A stretch of DNA of 64,000 bases from a virus. The stretch covers positions 2,557 to 66,556 of the IMG/VR virus record IMGVR_UViG_3300019877_000058; one strand, 5' to 3'. The translations under genes and the position numbers were made by a program. Of the stretch, positions 16,411 to 23,798 are shown piece after piece; within the stretch, counting starts at the first letter, position 1, and every line of letters starts with the position of its first letter. A model generated the notes under the pieces. That model saw only the letters and a program-made list of their open reading frames with translations, was not told where the DNA came from and did no database searches.

Positions 16411-16661
16411 GCACTCCCTTTGGTTTGTCCGAGCGCGTCCACGACCTGCTGGTTGCCGTGCTCGAGATTTCGAATCACTGTCTCCATCGCCACTGCCTTG
16501 CTGGTGACGCGCTGATCCTGCATCGCGATCAGTTTGCCGATCAAATTACCGGCTATCGCCAGGATCTCGATCGGGCTGAGGTCAGCGGCGTGCCGGTTCA
16601 TCAAGGCGACCAGCTCCTGATAGACGACCTCATGCGCAGGGCTGGCGATCTTAATGCTCAC
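16407..16661 (-). CDS. Small helical hypothetical protein
   Basis: 84 aa; coupled. Confidence 0.65.
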   Translation of the reverse strand: MSIKIASPAHEVVYQELVALMNRHAADLSPIEILAIAGNLIGKLIAMQDQRVTSKAVAMETVIRNLEHGNQQVVDALGQTKGSA

Positions 16662-16983
16662 GGCGAGCTTTCCTCATCTCGATGTAGCGCTCGAATTCAA
16701 CGATAAACTGGTCAAGCTCCTGCTGAATCATCGATAGTCGGTCCATGTCCTTTTGGGTCGGCTCGGCGCCCGGCTCCATCACGCCCATCATACTGCCAAA
16801 CAGGTGCTGGGCGCCGGCGAAAAACGCCACCCGCATTTCCACCAGTTGGATCTCAGGAGCGCCATCCTTGATCGACATGTGACGCATTCCCTGCCAACCA
16901 GCCTCGATCAGCTTGCCTTCGTCGGTGAGCTGCCTGGTCACATCGTCGATGATTCTCTTCAGCTCCGGGGTCATCGGTTTCAT
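16651..16983 (-). CDS. Hypothetical protein
   Basis: 110 aa; W.......AP..Q..EMR.AFFAGAQHLF motif. Confidence 0.75.
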   Translation of the reverse strand: MKPMTPELKRIIDDVTRQLTDEGKLIEAGWQGMRHMSIKDGAPEIQLVEMRVAFFAGAQHLFGSMMGVMEPGAEPTQKDMDRLSMIQQELDQFIVEFERYIEMRKARREH

Positions 16984-17396
16984 TCGACGATCACCCAGTC
17001 CTCAGAGAGCAGGTCCGTCTGTGACGCTATCCATGGAGCAACGGTGCCCTGCGCGCTCTTGATATCGATGTGAGGGTGACATTCCACCCGGGTGCCGATC
17101 GGCATGGCCTTGGCAAGCGGGTGGCCGGCCCCGACGATGAGGGTCGATCCCGGTACCCGGAATAGGAACTGATTCTTACCGTTCCAGCCGGAGCGCGCCA
17201 CCCGGCGACCCTCGTGGAGTGCCATCAGCGCGTGGCCGAAATTCATTTCCCCGCTCTTGCGGTAAGCTTCCTCAAAGGTTGCTCGCGGGCTCCAGGATTT
17301 GTAGCCATCCTCGTAAATCACCTGGTAGCCGCTGTTGCCGTCCTTCTCCTGGGGCTCGGCTTTGATTCGCTTGGTGCCGTAATAGACTTCGCTCAT
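16980..17396 (-). CDS. tad2: DUF2829 / Thoeris anti-defence Tad2-like protein with N-terminal extension
   Basis: MNFGHAL...GRRVARSGWNGK...IKSAQGTVAPWIASQTDLLSEDW, a canonical DUF2829 signature; N-terminal GY.V.Y.DGY.SWSP...FEEAY module. Confidence 0.88.
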   Translation of the reverse strand: MSEVYYGTKRIKAEPQEKDGNSGYQVIYEDGYKSWSPRATFEEAYRKSGEMNFGHALMALHEGRRVARSGWNGKNQFLFRVPGSTLIVGAGHPLAKAMPIGTRVECHPHIDIKSAQGTVAPWIASQTDLLSEDWVIVE

Positions 17397-17803
17397 GAGG
17401 AACTGCTTTCGTTAGACGCTGGAGGTCCTCCAGCAGGGTCGTCATCCGGTTGTTCGTCCAGCCCCTCTTCGTAGCCTTTGATGAAGGTCTGAAGCTCTTT
17501 GCCGATCCCCTCCATCCGATCCACATCTTTCTCGAGCTCGTAACCCTCCCATTCCGGCCAGTCCGGCAATTCGATCCCCTCGTTGCCTGTCGCGGTGCCG
17601 ACGAGATCGACATACTCCCGAATCAGCCACGCCAGCGAGGCCACAGTGAGCGGGATCTGCTTGCGGTCGTGCTCGTAGCGCTCGATCAGCGTGCTGTTGT
17701 TGCGCTCGTTGCCACGATAGCCGAGCTCGATCGCAAACTCATTACGCGTGAGCCCGAGCTCCTCCCGGATCTTGCGGAACTCAGGCCCTTTCACGCGACG
17801 CAC
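17393..17803 (-). CDS. XRE-family HTH DNA-binding protein with acidic tail
   Basis: FRKIREELGLTRNEFAIELG...IERYE. Confidence 0.8.
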   Translation of the reverse strand: MRRVKGPEFRKIREELGLTRNEFAIELGYRGNERNNSTLIERYEHDRKQIPLTVASLAWLIREYVDLVGTATGNEGIELPDWPEWEGYELEKDVDRMEGIGKELQTFIKGYEEGLDEQPDDDPAGGPPASNESSSS

Positions 17804-18033
17804 TCCTCCATCTGGATGAGTTGACGCCTCGATGCATTTTCGTAGACGCGCTGAAACATCAGCTCAGCCCGTCTCTGGCTCCCCGTGTCGTAGTACCGAA
17901 TCGCCACCAGCTGAGGATCCGTGCTGTACTGCGCCACCAGGTAAAATCTGTCCGGCAGTGCTGGGCATGGGTCCAGCCGCCGCACCAGGCGCAGCCGGAA
18001 GCTGCCGACCAAACGTTCTTGGATCGTAATCAT
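17791..18033 (-). CDS. Hypothetical protein
   Basis: 80 aa; overlaps the 3' part of the neighbouring frame. Confidence 0.45.
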   Translation of the reverse strand: MITIQERLVGSFRLRLVRRLDPCPALPDRFYLVAQYSTDPQLVAIRYYDTGSQRRAELMFQRVYENASRRQLIQMEECVA

Positions 18034-18241
18034 CGCCGTTGTCCCATGCTGTCAGGGCGTCGCGGCCCTGCTTGGTGATCTCGTAACCGTCGATGCTGCG
18101 AAAGCACAATTCGAAGGTCTTCAGGTAGGAGGCGTGCATCGGCTTGATGTGCCCGTAGCCGAGGCCCAGCGCCCGCAGCGCCAGAGCGATGTCGCCCGGC
18201 AGCTCGTGGCGATTGCCGTCCTCGTAAACGATCCCGATCAT
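17864..18241 (-). CDS. Hypothetical protein (possible winged helix, YEITKQGRDAL)
   Basis: ATG 18241 overlaps the upstream TGA; the 3' overlap with 17791..18033 is unexplained. Confidence 0.45.
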   Translation of the reverse strand: MIGIVYEDGNRHELPGDIALALRALGLGYGHIKPMHASYLKTFELCFRSIDGYEITKQGRDALTAWDNGDDYDPRTFGRQLPAAPGAAAGPMPSTAGQILPGGAVQHGSSAGGDSVLRHGEPETG

Positions 18242-18504
18242 AGCTTCACCTCGCAGGGCAGCCGCACCGTGCGCGGATCGTCCGGCCGTCCCGCTGCCGT
18301 CACCACGTAGCTTTGCCGACAGGTCTTGCAGAGGATAAGCCAAGCGCCGCAGCACTCGGCCGGATAGGGCAGCACCGCCAAGCACGATTCCTTGTAACCC
18401 TTCGATATGTCGACATCGATCCCTTCCGGATAAGCCGGGTTCGGCGCGCACTGCGGCTGCCGGTTGTGGCTGAGGAAGGTGACCTTCAAATTATCGTTCG
18501 GCAT
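18238..18504 (-). CDS. Cys-rich hypothetical protein
   Basis: C...LPYPAECCG...CKTC...TAAGRPDDPR...PC. Confidence 0.7.
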   Translation of the reverse strand: MPNDNLKVTFLSHNRQPQCAPNPAYPEGIDVDISKGYKESCLAVLPYPAECCGAWLILCKTCRQSYVVTAAGRPDDPRTVRLPCEVKL

Positions 18505-18691
18505 GATCGCGCCTCCTGATCATATGAAGCACTGGCGGCTCACCGGTCATGACCTCGATGTCGATGCTGATGCGGTCAAAGCCGAGGTCCCTCAGCCGCT
18601 GGCGGAACTCGTGCACCGGGATCAGACCGGCGCGGTATAGCTCCCGCGCACGGTTCACCCGAAAGCACATCACCACGTAGACCGGGGTCAT
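18491..18691 (-). CDS. Hypothetical protein
   Basis: 66 aa; coupled. Confidence 0.55.
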   Translation of the reverse strand: MTPVYVVMCFRVNRARELYRAGLIPVHEFRQRLRDLGFDRISIDIEVMTGEPPVLHMIRRRDHAER

Positions 18692-18894
18692 ATCGAAATG
18701 CTGTCAATGCTTGCTGACTCGGCCTCGCGTTTGCGATGCTCGCCGGCGTACCACATCGGCAGCAACACCATCTCGCCATCGGGCGCCACCGCGACCGCGT
18801 GCTGACGCGAGGGGCTGACCACGATCAGATAGTCGCGATGGAAGCAGTAGCGATCGAGCGGGCCGATCGTGTAACCGTGAATGACCTCAGGCAT
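18688..18894 (-). CDS. Hypothetical protein
   Basis: 68 aa from ATG 18894 with GGAAGGA SD. Confidence 0.6.
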   Translation of the reverse strand: MPEVIHGYTIGPLDRYCFHRDYLIVVSPSRQHAVAVAPDGEMVLLPMWYAGEHRKREAESASIDSISI

Positions 18895-18915
18895 CGCTCT
18901 TTCCTTCCCAAAATC

Positions 18916-19163
18916 GGCGAGGGGCAGCCGGCTAAGCAACCCCTCGCCTGTCCGCCCAGGGCGACCAACGTGTGCGTCGCTGGCCTCCTTGACGGCATCA
19001 CCCTGTCGCCAGGGTGTCTCGAATTAGCTCGGCGGAGACCTCAGCTCCGGGGTGGCGCAGGTTTCCGGATCATCGGCCTCCGCCTACTCTGCCCGCTCCG
19101 ACGCGCCAACGGGTGGCAGAGGTCTCGAATTAAACTGACGGGAGAGGCACCGCTCCCCTCCCG
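18916..19163 (-). ncRNA. Candidate structured cis-regulatory RNA or ncRNA (six hairpins, duplicated TAATTCGAGAC)
   Basis: Stems 18916-24/18940-48, 18961-65/18976-80, 18999-19005/19010-16 (GCGA loop), 19031-37/19078-84, 19087-93/19115-21, 19139-47/19155-63; motif at 19016-26 and 19122-32. Confidence 0.55.
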
Positions 19164-19174
19164 CCCATCCCTGG

Positions 19175-19203
19175 AAAAAGGGGGAGGGGGACTTACCCCT
19201 CCC
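19175..19203 (-). terminator. Intrinsic terminator after the DUF932 gene
   Basis: GGGAGGGG/CCCCTCCC 8-bp stem followed by a TTTTT tract on the minus strand. Confidence 0.75.
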
Positions 19204-19229
19204 AAGTCGCCCTTCCTCTCGGGAAGCTC

Positions 19230-20114
19230 TTAAGCCGCGTGGCTCTTGATCTTGGCCATCTCGTCGGCCAGCGTCCATAGCGCACGATTGAGGCGAACGT
19301 CACCGTCGACCGAGCGAACCGGGCGGGTGTGACGCTCGATCCGACGCACCGTGCCGTCCTGAAGCTCCTTCTCGTCGGTGTAGGCGATACCACCGCGAAT
19401 CACGTTCTCCTGGACCCGGTTGAAGGTGGTCCACAGATCATTCTCGGTGTCGCCGTTACGGCGCGGGATCAGCAGCTGAGCCGGGGTCACCGGCGCCTCG
19501 GTATCGAAACGGGCGATCGCGGCGGAAGCGGCGAACGCCATCTGCTCGTCGCGGTTAAGCTGGATGCGGCGCAGGTTGTCGATGCCGTCGTAGGCAAGCT
19601 GGCTCTGGCCGATCACAGTGAAGGCGGCGTCCACGACCTGCGGGATGATGTTGCCTTTGTGCGGGATCGCGATCTTGACCGCGCCCTCATCGAACCAGAT
19701 CGTGCCGTTCTTGCACAGCGCGCGGTAGAAGCCACCGAACATCTGGTAGGACGTGGTGCCGTCATGCGAGCCGAGCAGGCAAACTTCGTAGACGGTGCCG
19801 CCGCGACCGACCGAGGCGTCCTGCCGGAACCGGATCAGGTGCTTGGTGTAGCCGCGCTTGTCTTCGAACTTCGACCCGCCCTGCATGATCGAATGCGGAT
19901 GAAACCCCTCACTGGCGAGCGCCTGCAGGACCTGCAGCGTCGAGATGAAGGTGTACTTGTCGGAGCGGGAGGAGTGCTTGTCCTCGGCGAAGACGGCCGG
20001 ACAGCTGCGGGCGATGGTGGGAAGATCGAGAGCCTGACCGTTGCGGGCCTCGAGGACCACGGAGCCGCGGCCGAATTTTGCGTAGTGATGGGTCGAACCG
20101 GAGGAAATCTGCAT
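19230..20114 (-). CDS. DUF932/DUF945 family phage/plasmid protein
   Basis: HSSRSDKY.FI.T...GF......KH.IRFR...SHDGTTSYQM..G.YR..C.NG...DLWTTFNRVQEN..RGG...LNRALW. Confidence 0.9.
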   Translation of the reverse strand: MQISSGSTHHYAKFGRGSVVLEARNGQALDLPTIARSCPAVFAEDKHSSRSDKYTFISTLQVLQALASEGFHPHSIMQGGSKFEDKRGYTKHLIRFRQDASVGRGGTVYEVCLLGSHDGTTSYQMFGGFYRALCKNGTIWFDEGAVKIAIPHKGNIIPQVVDAAFTVIGQSQLAYDGIDNLRRIQLNRDEQMAFAASAAIARFDTEAPVTPAQLLIPRRNGDTENDLWTTFNRVQENVIRGGIAYTDEKELQDGTVRRIERHTRPVRSVDGDVRLNRALWTLADEMAKIKSHAA

Positions 20115-20180
20115 TTGGGAACTTCCTTCTTTTGCGGGCCGGGATGGCCCTGAGCATCTTCTAGTCGCGCTTCCAAAAAC

Positions 20181-20198
20181 TGTCAATGCTCATTGACA
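20181..20198. promoter_or_regulatory. Palindrome TGTCAATG-CT-CATTGACA (operator and/or back-to-back -35 boxes)
   Basis: Perfect 8-bp inverted repeat upstream of the DUF932 gene; the same consensus occurs at 25025-25042. Confidence 0.65.
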
Positions 20199-20206
20199 AC
20201 TTATTT

Positions 20207-21709
20207 TCAAACCTCGTAGTCCACGGAGACGTATTTTCCCTCTTGGCGTTTGAAATCTAACGACAATCTGCAGGCGTAGCCAAGCTCATCAAATCTCGCC
20301 TTGCGGTGATAGAACTGGCACTCGGTCCTGATCGCGCCCTTCTCGTACATCTTCGGTCGATGCACCGTAAAGCCTTGATCGCACACGTTGTCCCAGTGCT
20401 TGGCGCCGGCAATATCCTCCAATGTTGGAGCCTGCCCTCGGCGAGGGCCTTCCATCTTCGCTGGATGCGCCAGCACCTGGACGTGGCAGTTCATGTCGGT
20501 TGCAAACTGATAAAGCGTGCGCAGACAACGCAGTACATACTCATCGTCGCGCTCGCCGTTGCCGCGTGATGATTCAAACCGGTTCCAAGGGTCGGCCTGC
20601 ACGATCCGCACCCCGTGACGAATCACCGCAACCTCGGCCATCTCGAGAAACCACTCCAGCGTCGGCCGGTTCTCCTGGTGCACCAGGAAAAAATAACGCT
20701 CGTTGATCCAGGCATCGGCGTTGGCGCGCTCGTCGTCGGTCATGTCGCGCTCGAGCTTTTGATTGATCAGGGTGCGCAGCTGCCGCCGGACGTGCGGCTT
20801 CGGCCTGGTCTCGAACGAGGCACCGCAAAAGCCAACCTCGTAACGCTTGATCACGTTGAACCAAAGCTGGTTCCATAACGCGGTCTTGCCGTGCCCAGGG
20901 TGCCCAGTGACAACGCTGAGCGTTCGCGGCGCCAGCAGGACCTTGCGTTCCCACTCATCGAAGCCCGGGTTCCAAAGCGTCATCGGGGACGGCTCAGGAA
21001 GCTCGCTGAGGCGGTAGATACCGGTGACCGGCCATGGCAGGCTCCCATCCTGAATTAACTCACCCAGCGCCTCCGCGCCGTCGCTGAGGAGCATATCGTT
21101 GGCGTCCTTCACCCCCTCCGGCCACTCAACAAACCAGAACCTGGCTGCCCCGAGCAATTTGACCATGTCGTCGCGCAGGATGCGCCCGGCGCCATCGCCG
21201 TCACCGCACCAGACGAACCGACTAACCTTGCTCAAGCCGGCCTTCAGCGCCTCCTCAACGTAATCGTAGCCCGCGAGTTCCCGAGGATCGCCCTCAGTCG
21301 GCTTGTCCTTGGCGCCATGCGCGCCGAGCACCTGCGAAACCGGTATACCGGCTTCGACCAGGGCGCAGGCGTCGAGCTCGCCCTCGACGATGTAGACCAC
21401 CTCCGAACCACCCCGCAGCACGCGATCCAGGTTCCAGAACGAGCGCTTGAAGCCACCCCCGGAGACGAAATGCTTGTCCGGATAGGCGCGCGCCTTCCAA
21501 CCCTCAGCGTAGCGGAAAAATACCGCCGGCAGCTTCTCGCTGACGTCAGGGAAGAACGCCGTACCGCTGCCGACGTCGAGCTGCACCAAAGTCGCCGGGC
21601 TTAGGCCGCGGCTTTCCTTGAACCACTTGAGCGCCGGTAAAGCGATTTGAACCAACCCGCCAGCCAATGGGCCAGCCGCAGTTGTGGCAGTACGCTGCGA
21701 ACCCGTCAT
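20207..21709 (-). CDS. Toprim primase-SF4 helicase (T7 gp4/Twinkle-like) lacking the Zn-binding domain
   Basis: IVEGELDA, GDGDGAG, KDANDML (Toprim); TGHPGHGKT Walker A; IVQADPWN; LAHPAK; start uncertain. Confidence 0.92.
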   Translation of the reverse strand: MTGSQRTATTAAGPLAGGLVQIALPALKWFKESRGLSPATLVQLDVGSGTAFFPDVSEKLPAVFFRYAEGWKARAYPDKHFVSGGGFKRSFWNLDRVLRGGSEVVYIVEGELDACALVEAGIPVSQVLGAHGAKDKPTEGDPRELAGYDYVEEALKAGLSKVSRFVWCGDGDGAGRILRDDMVKLLGAARFWFVEWPEGVKDANDMLLSDGAEALGELIQDGSLPWPVTGIYRLSELPEPSPMTLWNPGFDEWERKVLLAPRTLSVVTGHPGHGKTALWNQLWFNVIKRYEVGFCGASFETRPKPHVRRQLRTLINQKLERDMTDDERANADAWINERYFFLVHQENRPTLEWFLEMAEVAVIRHGVRIVQADPWNRFESSRGNGERDDEYVLRCLRTLYQFATDMNCHVQVLAHPAKMEGPRRGQAPTLEDIAGAKHWDNVCDQGFTVHRPKMYEKGAIRTECQFYHRKARFDELGYACRLSLDFKRQEGKYVSVDYEV

Positions 21710-21854
21710 GCTCCACCAGCACGGACAGGCATTTGACGCGCTTCTTTTTGCGAAGATGCGAACATTTCGGACATAGGATTTGGTTCTCCCCGGGCTTCAA
21801 TCCGGCTGTTGGAATTCCAGCCTCGCGCAGCTTTTGCTCAATACGATCATCCAT
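21546..21854 (-). CDS. Primase zinc-binding domain, encoded separately
   Basis: CPKCSHLRKKK..KCLSV......YCHNCGW; overlaps the Toprim ORF by 164 nt in another frame. Confidence 0.8.
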   Translation of the reverse strand: MDDRIEQKLREAGIPTAGLKPGENQILCPKCSHLRKKKRVKCLSVLVEHDGFAAYCHNCGWPIGWRVGSNRFTGAQVVQGKPRPKPGDFGAARRRQRYGVLP

Positions 21855-22617
21855 CGTTCGCCCCGTATCGCGGTAGCCCATCGTCGCCGTAGTGCGTGAT
21901 ACGCCTGCCGTCCTCATCGGCGGCGTCGATGTTTTTGGCGTTGATCTCGACCTGCTTGGAAATCCACATCACCCAGCGCACATCCCAGTTCGCCGACACC
22001 GCCGCAGTATGCAGCGCCCATCGTCGAAAATTCGCGAACGTCGCCGCAGCATCCAGCCGCGCTGCGATCGCCTCTTGGGCTCTTGGGCCGGTAAGGATGA
22101 AATCGTCCGGAATGGGGATGGGAATCTTGCGCTTCGGAATCTTGGCGGGCGCCGGCGCGGGAGCGGCGGCTACCTCTTCTTTGATTCTTTGATTCTTAAG
22201 ACCTTCTTCTTCTTTGGTCCGCGTGCGGTTCACGAGCGGTCCAGATTCTTCTGGTGTCAGCGGTTCACTATCTGAGCCACCAAAGGCATATTTCTCGTAA
22301 TTACAGATGATTATGAGGGTTCCATCCGGGTCACTGAGTGTGGTCACCATCGCTTCACTTTGGAGTCGCTCGATGAATCGCCGAACACTGCTCTTTGACC
22401 ACTGCCATTTCTCAGCCAGGAACCGCTCAGAAAACATTAGCTGACCCCGCACCAGCCAGACCATTTTGCGGCCGCTCCGGATACGCGTGGTCTTCCAGGC
22501 TGCGGCCGAGATCATCCACAGCCACGCCTCGCGTTCCGTGAACGGCTCTGAAACAAAAAACGGATGATCGAAGATGCCGCGGTCGACAGCAAAAACACCG
22601 AATGTCCGTGTGACCAT
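21847..22617 (-). CDS. Phage replication initiator (lambda O/DnaD-like N-terminal wHTH)
   Basis: R.IFDHP...FTEREAWLWMI..A....RGQL..SERFLAEKWQWSKSSVRRFI..L. Confidence 0.85.
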   Translation of the reverse strand: MVTRTFGVFAVDRGIFDHPFFVSEPFTEREAWLWMISAAAWKTTRIRSGRKMVWLVRGQLMFSERFLAEKWQWSKSSVRRFIERLQSEAMVTTLSDPDGTLIIICNYEKYAFGGSDSEPLTPEESGPLVNRTRTKEEEGLKNQRIKEEVAAAPAPAPAKIPKRKIPIPIPDDFILTGPRAQEAIAARLDAAATFANFRRWALHTAAVSANWDVRWVMWISKQVEINAKNIDAADEDGRRITHYGDDGLPRYGANDG

Positions 22618-22752
22618 CTGCCGCTCCTTGGGCTTGAGCGGAGCAGGGAACCGGATGGAGGCGAGGAGGTTGACGGGAAAACGAGATTTCCGTAAAAACC
22701 TATCGCGACCACCCGATGCGCCTTACCGCATCGACTATTTGGCCCCCAGGGT

Positions 22753-23124
22753 TCAGCTCCTGGGGGCCGTTACTTTTTGTACGTCTCGTTCTGCAGAGTC
22801 GTCAATCGCTACCCGTGGGAGAGGCTCCGACCGCTCCCACCGGATGCGGTAGATCGAGTCTCTCCCATGCCTGGTGACGTGGATCCGACAATCCGTGCTG
22901 ACCAGCCTCTCGTTGATCTGGTAGACGTGGCACTTCAGGACGGCGCGCTGTGCGTCACGTCCTTTCAGGGTCCTTTCGAAGAGATCGCTGCCGGCGATGC
23001 CGGGCTTGCCGGCGCGCTCGATCGCGTCGAAAATTCGGATCTTCAGCGGCGACAGTAGAACCCCGTAGCGCAATCTCGCTTCAGGAATTTGCTGACCGCA
23101 GTGATGACACCTCACGCGAACCAT
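22753..23124 (-). CDS. Zn-ribbon plus winged-helix DNA-binding protein
   Basis: CHHCGQ; L..HVYQINERL (OmpR-like wHTH pattern). Confidence 0.6.
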   Translation of the reverse strand: MVRVRCHHCGQQIPEARLRYGVLLSPLKIRIFDAIERAGKPGIAGSDLFERTLKGRDAQRAVLKCHVYQINERLVSTDCRIHVTRHGRDSIYRIRWERSEPLPRVAIDDSAERDVQKVTAPRS

Positions 23125-23609
23125 CGGTACACCCTAATCACCAGCCGTGGCCGTGCGTCGTAAAGCTTCATCACCATGGCACAGACGATGTTCGAATCGT
23201 CCTGCCAGATGATCGGGCGCTTGATCTTATCGCCCTTGAATTGCGGGGGATGGTGATTGGCGCCGTCGAGCAGCTTGCCGATATTTTCCCAGTCCGGCTT
23301 GGTGGTGCAGGCGATATCGCCGGCGAGCGCAGCGGCGCGCTTCTTCTGGCTCCAGCTTTCCGGGATCGGCATATGCGCGAACACCTCGACGCCGAGCGCT
23401 TCGTTCACCGGCTCAAGCCCGGCCGCGGCCATGGCGGCAATGGCGTGGGTCTTGATCTGGTTTTCGAAGGTGCGGGTCTTGGCTGGCGTGTAGGCCTGCA
23501 CAAAGCCCCCACGTGTCGAGAACCTCGGGCGACCCTTCCCGGTGGCCTTGATGCGACCCTTGGCGTCCACGGGCCACGGCAGCTCGATGATGACGTAGGG
23601 TTCAGCCAT
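23112..23609 (-). CDS. rusA: RusA-like Holliday junction resolvase
   Basis: GKGRPRF...YTP..T..FE...TKPDWENIGK.LDG...IWQDDS.IV; AAGGAGG SD. Confidence 0.9.
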   Translation of the reverse strand: MAEPYVIIELPWPVDAKGRIKATGKGRPRFSTRGGFVQAYTPAKTRTFENQIKTHAIAAMAAAGLEPVNEALGVEVFAHMPIPESWSQKKRAAALAGDIACTTKPDWENIGKLLDGANHHPPQFKGDKIKRPIIWQDDSNIVCAMVMKLYDARPRLVIRVYRWFA

Positions 23610-23627
23610 GCTTCCTCCTTTGAAAGA

Positions 23628-23659
23628 GCCTCGGGGCGGCATGGAAACTACCCCGAGGC
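23628..23659 (-). terminator. Hairpin just upstream of the rusA SD (attenuator or terminator)
   Basis: GCCTCGGGG/CCCCGAGGC 9-bp stem then TCTTT. Confidence 0.5.
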
Positions 23660-23691
23660 CCTCCCATTCCCACCCGTCCTAACTCAGGCTT

Positions 23692-23798
23692 GGGCTTTAC
23701 CCCGGGGGAATTTCAAAAAGGGGTCGCGCCCGATGATCAGTCCGCGCGACCCCAATACTCCCACTCTCCTCGAGCTGGGGCTTTATCCCCGGGGAATT
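23692..23798. repeat. 21-nt direct repeat GGGCTTTA(C/T)CCC(G/C)GGGGAATT flanking a terminator
   Basis: Copies at 23692-23712 and 23778-23798, 19/21 identical. Confidence 0.8.
23715..23753 (-). terminator. Intrinsic terminator after the GapR-like gene
   Basis: GGGGTCGCGC/GCGCGACCCC perfect 10-bp stem plus TTTTT. Confidence 0.8.

Noticed and set aside
18916-19203. Mini-CRISPR array or tRNA
   Set aside because: Only two 11-nt repeats 106 nt apart; no cloverleaf, TpsiC (GTTCRANYC) or CCA pattern
23692-23798. CRISPR repeat-spacer-repeat
   Set aside because: Only two 21-nt copies, the spacer is itself a terminator hairpin, and no cas genes are present
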